From an uncultured Solirubrobacterales bacterium (GTDB lineage: Bacteria > Actinomycetota > Thermoleophilia > Solirubrobacterales > Solirubrobacteraceae), in contig CAWEOK010000016.1 in assembly GCA_963810645.1 (NCBI GenBank), forward strand, positions 60,280 through 124,279: DNA of 64,000 bases, given 5' to 3'. Position 1 is the stretch's first letter; each line of letters begins with the position of its first letter. Made by a program: the position numbers and the translations under genes. Under the pieces are notes generated by a model, which saw nothing but the letters and a program-made list of their open reading frames with translations, was not told the DNA's origin and did not search any database. This document shows, one piece after another, positions 20,155-27,789 of this stretch.

Positions 20155-21722
20155 ACGCTCAACACCTCCCGCACCACGGTCACATCGTCGAACGGCACCT
20201 TGACCCCGCCGGCCAGCTCTTGACCCTGCTCGTGCCCCTTGCCGGCGATCACGACCACATCGTCCTTCTCCGCCAGCGCGATCGCCCTTTCAATCGCGGT
20301 CCGGCGATCGACCTCGACGTGCACGACCGATTTTGCGGGCGAGGCCGCTGTGCCGACATCGGCGGTGGTGGTGGTGTTGGTGTTGGTATTGGTATTGGTA
20401 TTGGTATGGGTGGGGGGCATACCGGCCACGATCTCCGCCACGATCGCCTCCGGATCCTCTGACCTCGGGTTGTCCGATGTCACGATCGTCACATCCGCCA
20501 GCCTCGCCGCGATCTCCCCCATCAACGGCCGCTTACCCCGATCCCGATCGCCGCCGGCCCCGAACACGCACACCACTTTGCCCTTTGCGATGTCCCGTGC
20601 GGAGCGCAGCACGTTCTCCAGCGAATCCGGCGTATGGGCGTAGTCGACGATCACCGCCATCTCCTGACCCGCCCTCACCGACTCGAACCTTCCCGGCACA
20701 CGCACCCCGCGCTCCAGTGCTGCGACCAGCGTGTCGAGGCCATACCCGCACGCGTGCACCGCCGCCAGCGCCCCGACGGCATTCGCGACGTTGAACCGCC
20801 CCGGCATCGGCAACACCACCTCGCGTTCGTCCACGGGCGTATGCAGCGTAAACCTGCACCCACCCACGTCGCACCGCACATCGCTCGCGCTGTAGTCGGC
20901 CTTGGTGGATGGACCACCGTCGCCATCGCCACCCCCTTCCCCTTCCCCTTCCACCGCGAACGTCACCGCCCCGTCAAGCTCTTGCGCGAGCCTGCGCCCG
21001 TACGGATCACCGATGTTGACCACGCTCACGTCCGGCCCGGCCCCGTTGTCGTCGCCCTCGCCGGGCACGAACAACCGGCGCTTGGCCTGGAAGTAGTCCT
21101 CCATCGTCGGGTGATAGTCCAGATGATCTTGAGTCAGGTTCGTGAACACCGCCGCCCCGAACCTGATCCCGCGCGTGCGCCCGAGCGCCAGCGCGTGCGA
21201 CGACACCTCCATCGCGCACGCCCGGTCGCCGCCGTCCAGCATCTCCCGGAGCTCTCGCTGCAGGTCGATCGCCTCTGGGGTCGTCCTCTCCACCGACCGT
21301 TCCTCGCCGCCCACGATCGACTTGACCGTCCCCAGCAGTCCCGTCTGCACACCGGCCCCTTCCAGCAACGCCCGCACGATGAACGCCGTCGTGGTCTTGC
21401 CGTTCGTGCCGGTCACCCCGACCACCTGTAGTTGGTTTGTCGGATCGCCGTAGTATCGGGTCGCGATCGGCCCCATCGCCGCGCGCACCGACGGGACCAC
21501 GACTTCGGGCACACCCAGGTTCAGAGGCCGCTCCACCATCAGCGCCACGGCTCCGTTAGCGATCGCCTGCGCGGCGAACTCGTGCCCGTCGCTACGGTAT
21601 CCGACCACACAGCAGTACATGTCTCCGGCTTTGACCTTGCGGCTGTCGTAGGCCAGACCCTCGATCTCGATGGCAGCGTCCTCGCCGGCCTGCTCGGCGG
21701 CGATCAGCTCATCGAGTCGCAT
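20151..21722 (-). CDS. murE: UDP-N-acetylmuramoyl-L-alanyl-D-glutamate--2,6-diaminopimelate (or L-lysine) ligase, with two low-complexity insertions
   Basis: VTGTNGKTTTAF, TSDNPRSEDP and IAGKGHEQGQ motifs. ATGA overlap with murF. Confidence 0.95.
   Translation of the reverse strand: MRLDELIAAEQAGEDAAIEIEGLAYDSRKVKAGDMYCCVVGYRSDGHEFAAQAIANGAVALMVERPLNLGVPEVVVPSVRAAMGPIATRYYGDPTNQLQVVGVTGTNGKTTTAFIVRALLEGAGVQTGLLGTVKSIVGGEERSVERTTPEAIDLQRELREMLDGGDRACAMEVSSHALALGRTRGIRFGAAVFTNLTQDHLDYHPTMEDYFQAKRRLFVPGEGDDNGAGPDVSVVNIGDPYGRRLAQELDGAVTFAVEGEGEGGGDGDGGPSTKADYSASDVRCDVGGCRFTLHTPVDEREVVLPMPGRFNVANAVGALAAVHACGYGLDTLVAALERGVRVPGRFESVRAGQEMAVIVDYAHTPDSLENVLRSARDIAKGKVVCVFGAGGDRDRGKRPLMGEIAARLADVTIVTSDNPRSEDPEAIVAEIVAGMPPTHTNTNTNTNTNTTTTADVGTAASPAKSVVHVEVDRRTAIERAIALAEKDDVVVIAGKGHEQGQELAGGVKVPFDDVTVVREVLSV
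20364..20411. repeat. in-frame tri/hexanucleotide microsatellite inside murE: (GGT)4 (GTTGGT)2 (ATTGGT)3 ATGGGT on the + strand
   Basis: Read directly from the sequence. It encodes ...THTNTNTNTNTNTTTT... in the MurE C-terminal domain. Confidence 0.9.
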
Positions 21723-21731
21723 ACGCTGATG

Positions 21732-23417
21732 CTATCCGGGCGGGATGCGCAGATACGGCAACGCAAACGACATGATCTGCCCGAACGCCGGCGCCGCCAC
21801 GGTGCCGCCGTAGATCGACCCGTTCTGGGGTTCGTCGACGACGACCGCGCACAGCAGCTTCGGATCGGACGCCGGGGCGAACCCGATGAACGAGGCGACG
21901 TACGCGCTTTCGGAGTATTCGCCGGTCGCCGGATCGATCTTGCTGGCCGTGCCGGTCTTGCCCGCCAGTTCGTACCCCGGGATCGACACCTCGCTGGCGG
22001 TCCCGCCCGGCGCCAGCACGCCCTTCAGCATCGTGCGGATCTCACCCGAGGTCGTCTGCGAGATCACGCGGTGACCCGCCGGCTCGGGCTGGGTCTGGTC
22101 ATTGACCGCGCCGATGATGTGCGGCGGGCGCAGCACCCCGCCGTTGGCGATCGCCGAGTACGCCGTGGCCATCTGCAGCGGCGTCACCAGCTCGCCCTGG
22201 CCGATCGGCAGGTTCCCCATCGAGGAGCCCGAGTATTCGCTCAGCCCCAGCGCCACGCCCGTTTCCTCGCCCGGCAGTTCCACGCCGGTACGGGCGCCGA
22301 ACCCGTATTTGTGCACCCATTCGTTGAACCTCTCGGCGCCGTCGCGCTCGCCGATCTGGATCGCCCCGACGTTGCTCGATTGGGCGAGGATTTCCGAGAC
22401 GGTGAGGGTCTCGTCGGGGTGTTCCTCGGCGTCGTGGATCGTGCGGTCGGCAACCTGAATCTGATCGGGGATGTTGAACGGGGTATCCGGCGTGATCAAC
22501 CCGCTTTCCAGCCCGCCCGAGACCGCGACGACCTTGAACGTCGAGCCCGGTTCGTAGTTGAAGCTCACCGCCCGGTCCTGCGCCGCGGCTTCCAGCGCCG
22601 GCTTGGAGTACGCCCCGGGATCGTTCAGGTTCACCTGCGGCCAGTTAGCGACCGCCAGCAGCGCCCCGGTTTTTGGGTTCATCACGATCGCGGTCGCGTC
22701 TTTCGGATTGAACACCTTCCCGACCGCGTCGAGCACGTCTTCGGCACGCTGCTGGATGTTCGCGTCCAGCGTCAGCGTCAGCTTCGCACCCGGCTGCTCG
22801 GCATGGACGCTCGTGATCGAGATCGGCTGGCCGATCGCATCGCTGACCACCTTGCGCTCGCCCGCCCTGCCCTGCAGCAGCGCCTCTTGCGAGTACTCCA
22901 ACCCGGAGGACCCCTTGCCTTCGGCGCCGACGAACCCGAGCACCTGCGCCGCCAGCGTCCCGCGCGGATACACGCGGCGCATCGTCGGCGTGCCCGTGAT
23001 CCCTTCGAGCTTCAGCGCCGTCACCCGCGCCATCACCTTGCGCGCCTGCCTGGCTGCCAGCGCCGGCGCCAGCACCACGAACCCCGTGTGCTCGCTCAGC
23101 TTGCTCAGCAGTTGCGTCTGGGTCAACCCGAGCAATGGCGCGAGCTGCTGGGAGGCTTGCAGCGGTTCCTTGATCAGATACGGATCCGCTGAGATTTCCT
23201 GCGCGGGCTCGGACACGGCCAGGTCCACGCCGTTGCGATCGGTGATCGTGCCCCGCTGAGCCGGCAGCGTTTCGGTGCTCAATTGCTGGGTCTCGGCCGC
23301 CTTGCGCAGCGCCGGGGCCCTGACCGTCCCCAGATACAACGCTCGTGCCGCCGCGAGCACGAGCAGCAGGAAAAACACTCCGAATATGACCCCGATCCTG
23401 TGCTGGACGGTGGCCAC
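21732..23417 (-). CDS. ftsI: class B penicillin-binding protein / FtsI-like transpeptidase
   Basis: N-terminal TM and PBP dimerisation region, then the transpeptidase motifs STFK, SSN and KTGTA. Confidence 0.9.
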   Translation of the reverse strand: MATVQHRIGVIFGVFFLLLVLAAARALYLGTVRAPALRKAAETQQLSTETLPAQRGTITDRNGVDLAVSEPAQEISADPYLIKEPLQASQQLAPLLGLTQTQLLSKLSEHTGFVVLAPALAARQARKVMARVTALKLEGITGTPTMRRVYPRGTLAAQVLGFVGAEGKGSSGLEYSQEALLQGRAGERKVVSDAIGQPISITSVHAEQPGAKLTLTLDANIQQRAEDVLDAVGKVFNPKDATAIVMNPKTGALLAVANWPQVNLNDPGAYSKPALEAAAQDRAVSFNYEPGSTFKVVAVSGGLESGLITPDTPFNIPDQIQVADRTIHDAEEHPDETLTVSEILAQSSNVGAIQIGERDGAERFNEWVHKYGFGARTGVELPGEETGVALGLSEYSGSSMGNLPIGQGELVTPLQMATAYSAIANGGVLRPPHIIGAVNDQTQPEPAGHRVISQTTSGEIRTMLKGVLAPGGTASEVSIPGYELAGKTGTASKIDPATGEYSESAYVASFIGFAPASDPKLLCAVVVDEPQNGSIYGGTVAAPAFGQIMSFALPYLRIPPG

Positions 23418-23420
23418 CTG

Positions 23421-24167
23421 CTACCCCTGCGGGCTTGCCGTCGCGCCGCCGGATTCGCTGCTCGGCACCGTCTGGACGGGCGCCGGTGTGGGCGTGCTGG
23501 ACGCGGCCGCGCTTTCCGTCGTCTGCGCGGGCACAGTCGATGGGGTGGCGACGGGCGTCGTCGATTCCGTGGGTGCAGTGGATTCGGTGGATGTGGTGGC
23601 TGCGGTGGACGCGCTGGATTCCGTTGTCGTCGAGGTAGATTCGGTCGATGTTTGCTTCGGCGTGCTCACGCGCGCGTTCAGCGCCTGCAACGCCCTGCCG
23701 ACGTCGCCTTCGGACCCCCGCGCCGACAGGAACCGCAGCGCGCCCGCGGGGATCAGCTGCATGCCCATGTGCGCGGCCTGCAGCTCGACCGTGTTACCAG
23801 CGGCGACTTCGGAGTTTTCGACGCTCAGCGCCGAGTCTTCGCGCTGCAGCGCCGCCTCGTGCTCGAGCGCGCGCCCGATGCCAGCGTTCAGTTTCAGCAG
23901 CCCCAACTGCATCGTCACGATCCCGATCAGCGCAAACGCGACGATCCCGATCCACGCCCGTCCGTGGATCAGCCGATCGAGCAGCGGATGGGTCGCGATG
24001 GCAACCGCCGGGTTGACGGCCTTGCGGGCCTGCTGTGCGGGACGGGCCGGACGGGCGCCGGGGCCCGATACGCGCCGGGGCCGGCGCACCGGAGCCAGCG
24101 GGACACGACGGGGATGGATGGCGGGCGCAGCGGTCCTGGCGGCAGCCGCGGCGGGAGGTGGTGTCAT
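23421..24167 (-). CDS. FtsL-like bitopic cell division protein with a Ser/Thr/Pro-rich C-terminal tail
   Basis: Located between rsmH and ftsI. It has one TM (AWIGIVAFALIGIVTMQLGLL) followed by a short coiled region. The ATG at 24165-24167 gives an ATGA overlap with the rsmH stop. Confidence 0.6.
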   Translation of the reverse strand: MTPPPAAAAARTAAPAIHPRRVPLAPVRRPRRVSGPGARPARPAQQARKAVNPAVAIATHPLLDRLIHGRAWIGIVAFALIGIVTMQLGLLKLNAGIGRALEHEAALQREDSALSVENSEVAAGNTVELQAAHMGMQLIPAGALRFLSARGSEGDVGRALQALNARVSTPKQTSTESTSTTTESSASTAATTSTESTAPTESTTPVATPSTVPAQTTESAAASSTPTPAPVQTVPSSESGGATASPQG

Positions 24168-25123
24168 GCGGGACCACCATTCAACTTGCGGGCGGCGCGC
24201 AGGCGCGCGGATGCCGAACGCGGGTTGCTCGCGACCTCGCCCGCCGAGGGCACGATCGAGCGGCGGCTCAGCAGCGCACCCTCGGGTTCGCGCCCGCATG
24301 CACACACCGGCAGGTCGGGCGGGCAGATGCACCCCTGCGCGCGCTCGGTCAGGAACCGCTTGACCCGGCGATCCTCCAGCGATTGAAAGCTGATCCCCGC
24401 CAGCACGCCCCCGTCGCGCAGCAACCCCCAGGCCAGCGGCAGCGCCCGGTCGAGCTGATCGAGCTCTTCGTTGACGGCGATCCGCAGCGCTTGGAACGAA
24501 CGCTTGGCCGGATGGCCACCCGCGAACCGGGCCGGCGCGGGAATCGCGCAGACGATCGTGTCAACCAGGTCCTGGGTGGTCTGGATCGAGTCCGGCCCGT
24601 CCTGCGTGCGGCGGCGCACGATCGCGCGGGCGATCGCGTTTGCGTGGCGCTCCTCGCCGAAGTCGCGCAGGGTCCGTGCCAGCCGGCGCTCGTCCCAGGT
24701 GGCGAGCACCTCGCGCGCGGTCAACTCCTGGTCGGGGTCCATACGCATGTCCAGCGGCGCGTCATACGAGTACGCAAACCCGCGCTCGCGCGCGTCCACC
24801 TGCATCGAGGACATACCCAGATCGAAGTACACGATGTCCGCCCTGACACCTTCTTCGGCGAGCTCTTCCAGCGCCTGCGCGTAGTCGGCGCGGATGAACC
24901 TGACGGTGCAGGCCGTCTCCGTTGCCAGCTCTTCGTAACGCTCGCGTGCGAGCGGGTCGCGGTCGATCGCGATCAACGTGCCTTCGGGGCCGAGCCGCTC
25001 GGCGATCAGTTGCGCGTGCCCTCCCCCGCCGAACGTGCAGTCGATCGCGGTCTGTCCGGGCTGCGGGTCGAGCAGGTCGATCAGCTCGCCGGCGAGCACC
25101 GGGACGTGTGTCTTTGCGGTCAT
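24164..25123 (-). CDS. rsmH: 16S rRNA (cytosine1402-N4)-methyltransferase
   Basis: From the ATG at 25121-25123 the product reads MTAKTHVPVLAGELIDLL.P...DCTFGGGGHA...DLGMSS.Q.D. The maximal ORF upstream is an alternate frame across mraZ. Confidence 0.95.
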   Translation of the reverse strand: MTAKTHVPVLAGELIDLLDPQPGQTAIDCTFGGGGHAQLIAERLGPEGTLIAIDRDPLARERYEELATETACTVRFIRADYAQALEELAEEGVRADIVYFDLGMSSMQVDARERGFAYSYDAPLDMRMDPDQELTAREVLATWDERRLARTLRDFGEERHANAIARAIVRRRTQDGPDSIQTTQDLVDTIVCAIPAPARFAGGHPAKRSFQALRIAVNEELDQLDRALPLAWGLLRDGGVLAGISFQSLEDRRVKRFLTERAQGCICPPDLPVCACGREPEGALLSRRSIVPSAGEVASNPRSASARLRAARKLNGGPA

Positions 25124-25137
25124 GTCAGCGGTGATCG

Positions 25138-25620
25138 TCACGATAGGCGGCCGGTTGAGGGACCGGAGCCGGAGCTGGAGCTGGAGCCGTCCACGCCGGC
25201 GGTGATATCCCCGACGCCTTTCAACAGTGCCGGTCGATGGTCGTTCCAACCGCCGCGGTCCCACAGCTCCAGCCGATCGCCCGCCCCGACGACGACGACC
25301 TCCTTGGCCAGACCGGCGTGCTCGCCGAGGAAGCTCGGGATCATGATCCGCCCCGCCGCGTCGAGATCGGCGTCGTGGGAGCTGCCGTAGAAAAACCGCT
25401 CCAGCTCGGTCAGCCGCGGGGACAGCGGCGGTATCTCCGCCAGCGCGCGCTGGGTGTAGCGCTCGTACTCCTCCGGGCGCCACACGCCGACGCACGGCTT
25501 CAGGTCCACGGGCATCGCCAGCACCACGCCCTCCGACAGCGCCGCACGGTAGCGCGCCGGCACCGTCAGGCGGTTCTTCGCATCGAGCGTGTGGTCGAAC
25601 GTGCCGCGGAACGGGGCCAT
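25138..25620 (-). CDS. mraZ: transcriptional regulator MraZ
   Basis: MAPFRGTFDHTLDAKNRLTVPARYR (SpoVT-AbrB repeat with the DxxxR motif). First gene of the dcw cluster. Confidence 0.95.
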   Translation of the reverse strand: MAPFRGTFDHTLDAKNRLTVPARYRAALSEGVVLAMPVDLKPCVGVWRPEEYERYTQRALAEIPPLSPRLTELERFFYGSSHDADLDAAGRIMIPSFLGEHAGLAKEVVVVGAGDRLELWDRGGWNDHRPALLKGVGDITAGVDGSSSSSGSGPSTGRLS

Positions 25621-25725
25621 GTCGGGGGTTCTTCCTCTTCCGGCTCTTCCGGTCGGGGGTCGAAGTAGTTACCGAGCCGGGGTGGAGGAGTGGGAGGAGC
25701 CCCTCCACCTCGGCTCGCTGCCGCC

Positions 25726-25778
25726 AACTTACCCCACTTTCTCCCACAACGCAACTCTAATTGCACATTTTTTCCCAC
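25726..25778 (-). promoter_or_regulatory. candidate mraZ/dcw promoter with three GTGGG (MraZ-box-like) repeats
   Basis: The minus strand has GTGGG at 25778-25774, 25747-25743 and 25737-25733 (spacings 31 and 10 bp). The last two lie inside the 17-nt spacer of a weak TTGCGT / TAAGTT promoter-like pair, 106-158 nt upstream of the mraZ ATG. Confidence 0.45.
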
Positions 25779-25938
25779 AATCCTGTCGAGACACGCTCAA
25801 AATCGTCAAAACACCTGTCGTGGCGGGGGCTTGCGGGTGGGATCGCGTTGTGCCTGCGAGCCGGCCACAACGCGGGATTCCTGCAATCCGCTGTGCATAC
25901 CGGCGGCGTGCATCGGCCGTTGCAGATACGATCGGCTC

Positions 25939-27768
25939 ATGCGGGTCACGCAGGGGCATGGGATCGGGTACGAGCGGGAACGCGGATGGCGGTCATGCGT
26001 GCGGCCCCTCACGACGTGCAGCGTTGTCGCGTCGATCGCGCTCGCGGTCGCGCTCGCGGGCTGCGGCTCCAGCTCCTCGACGGGCTCGAGCGCCGACCCT
26101 GCGGGAGTCGTGCCCGCCTCGGCGGCGATGTATGTCGGTGCGGTCGTCCGGCCCAGCGGCACCCTCAAGACCGAAGCGCTCGCCGCCGGGCACGCGCTCA
26201 CCCACCAGACCGACCCGTACACCCATCTGCTCGGCGTCCTGCAGACGCCCGGCAGCCCGACACTCGACTACAGCAGCGACGTCGCGCCGTGGCTCGGCCC
26301 GAACGCCGGGCTGTTCCTGACCTCGCTCGGCTCCTCCGAAGCGCTCACGACCCTGCTCCAGCAGGGTCTGACCGGCGGCGGCTCGTCGACCACGACGGAG
26401 TGGCCGTTCAGCGCGGGCGGGGCGCAGGGCGCGATCGTGCTCGACACGACCGACCTCTCCGCCGCCAAGACGTTCGTTGCGAACGCCGCCTCACACGCGG
26501 GCGCGCACGCGTCAAGCTATCGCGGCGTCGCCTACCAGGTGAGCACTGGCGGAGACGCATTCGCCGTCGTGGACAAGCTCGTCGTGCTCGGCACCGAATC
26601 GGGTGTCCATGCCGTGATCGAAACGTCCCAAGGGGGTTCCTCGCTAAAGTCGGATCCCTCCTACGCCAAGCTGCAGTCGGTCGCCCCGTCCGGCGCGCTG
26701 GGTCATGTATATGCCAACCCGGCGGCGCTGACGAGCGCTCATGGGACGAGTGCGCACGGCGGCACGAGCAGCTCACAGGACCAGACCCTGCCGGAGCTGT
26801 TGAGCGTACTCGGGGGCACCCGCCCGCTGAACGTCTCGCTCGTGCCCTCCGCGGGCTCGCTCGCGCTCGACGCCGACGTCGGCCCCCCAGCCACGGGCGC
26901 CACCGGGACGCAGAGCGGCGGGCTCGTCGCCGCTGCCGCCGCGGGCAACCGGGCGCTCAGCGAACTACCCGGCGAATCGTGGCTGGCCGCCGGTCTCGGC
27001 AATGTCGGCGGCACAGCCGGAGGCAGCCTGAGCGGCCTGCACGGCCTGCTCTCGCTGGCGAGCACGCTGGGCTCCTCCGGGGCCGGCGCAGGGGTGGCCT
27101 CGCCGCAGCAGACCGGGCTCAGCGTGAAAGGGCTGCTCGAAGGACTGCTCACACCGCTTGACGAGCTCAGCGCCAACACCGCCCAGGCGCGGCAGGACTT
27201 CCTCAGCTGGATGGGCGACGCCGGGGTGTTCGCGAGCGGGACGAGCGTGCTCGAACTGAAGGGGGCCGTCGTGATCGACTCCACCAACCCGACCGCCTCG
27301 CGCGCCGCCGTCGCCAAGCTCTCAAGCGCCCTGCGTCAGGCGGGCGAGGAAGCCACGCCGGCCACTATCCCTGGCACCGAAGCGGCGATCGAAGCCAAAA
27401 TCACGGGCCTGCCGCTCACGCTCGTGATCGCCGACGGGCGCAGCTCGAGCGGGCAGACCAAGTTCGTGATGGGCCTCGGGCAGCCCTCCGTTGCAGACGC
27501 GCTGAACCCGCCGAGCACGATGTCGAGCACCGCTTCCTACAGCAGCGCCCAGAGCGCGCTCGGCGAAGGGATCGCACCGAGCCTCACGGTCAACTTCTCG
27601 ACGCTGCTGAGCCTGCTCGAAGGGGTCGGCCTCGCCGAAGACCCGACCGTCTCGAAATTCACGCCCTACCTGCGCGCCTCCACCACGCTGACCGGCGGCG
27701 GCAAGAGCCTGGGCGGTGGGATCGAACGGTTGCGCCTCGTCCTGGGCCTGCAGCACGCCGCAGGCTGA
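25939..27768 (+). CDS. putative lipoprotein of unknown function (Ala/Gly/Ser/Thr-rich, about 600 aa)
   Basis: Signal peptide plus lipobox (ASIALAVALAGC) follows the ATG at 25939; an alternative GTG start is at 25999. Divergent from mraZ. I cannot assign a family with confidence. Confidence 0.6.
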   Translation: MRVTQGHGIGYERERGWRSCVRPLTTCSVVASIALAVALAGCGSSSSTGSSADPAGVVPASAAMYVGAVVRPSGTLKTEALAAGHALTHQTDPYTHLLGVLQTPGSPTLDYSSDVAPWLGPNAGLFLTSLGSSEALTTLLQQGLTGGGSSTTTEWPFSAGGAQGAIVLDTTDLSAAKTFVANAASHAGAHASSYRGVAYQVSTGGDAFAVVDKLVVLGTESGVHAVIETSQGGSSLKSDPSYAKLQSVAPSGALGHVYANPAALTSAHGTSAHGGTSSSQDQTLPELLSVLGGTRPLNVSLVPSAGSLALDADVGPPATGATGTQSGGLVAAAAAGNRALSELPGESWLAAGLGNVGGTAGGSLSGLHGLLSLASTLGSSGAGAGVASPQQTGLSVKGLLEGLLTPLDELSANTAQARQDFLSWMGDAGVFASGTSVLELKGAVVIDSTNPTASRAAVAKLSSALRQAGEEATPATIPGTEAAIEAKITGLPLTLVIADGRSSSGQTKFVMGLGQPSVADALNPPSTMSSTASYSSAQSALGEGIAPSLTVNFSTLLSLLEGVGLAEDPTVSKFTPYLRASTTLTGGGKSLGGGIERLRLVLGLQHAAG

Positions 27769-27789
27769 GCTCACGCCGGCGCGGGCTCC

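Noticed and set aside
20364-20411. Short tandem repeats (in murE, rho, the 259-aa gene and the 54.4-kb spacer) as a possible CRISPR array
   Set aside because: The units are 6-24 nt, contiguous or in-frame, and lack unique spacers of 25-40 nt. No cas genes are present.
25124-25747. 5' extension of the rsmH maximal ORF (527 aa)
   Set aside because: It overlaps the genuine mraZ gene in another frame. RsmH homology begins at MTAKTHVPVL (ATG at 25123).
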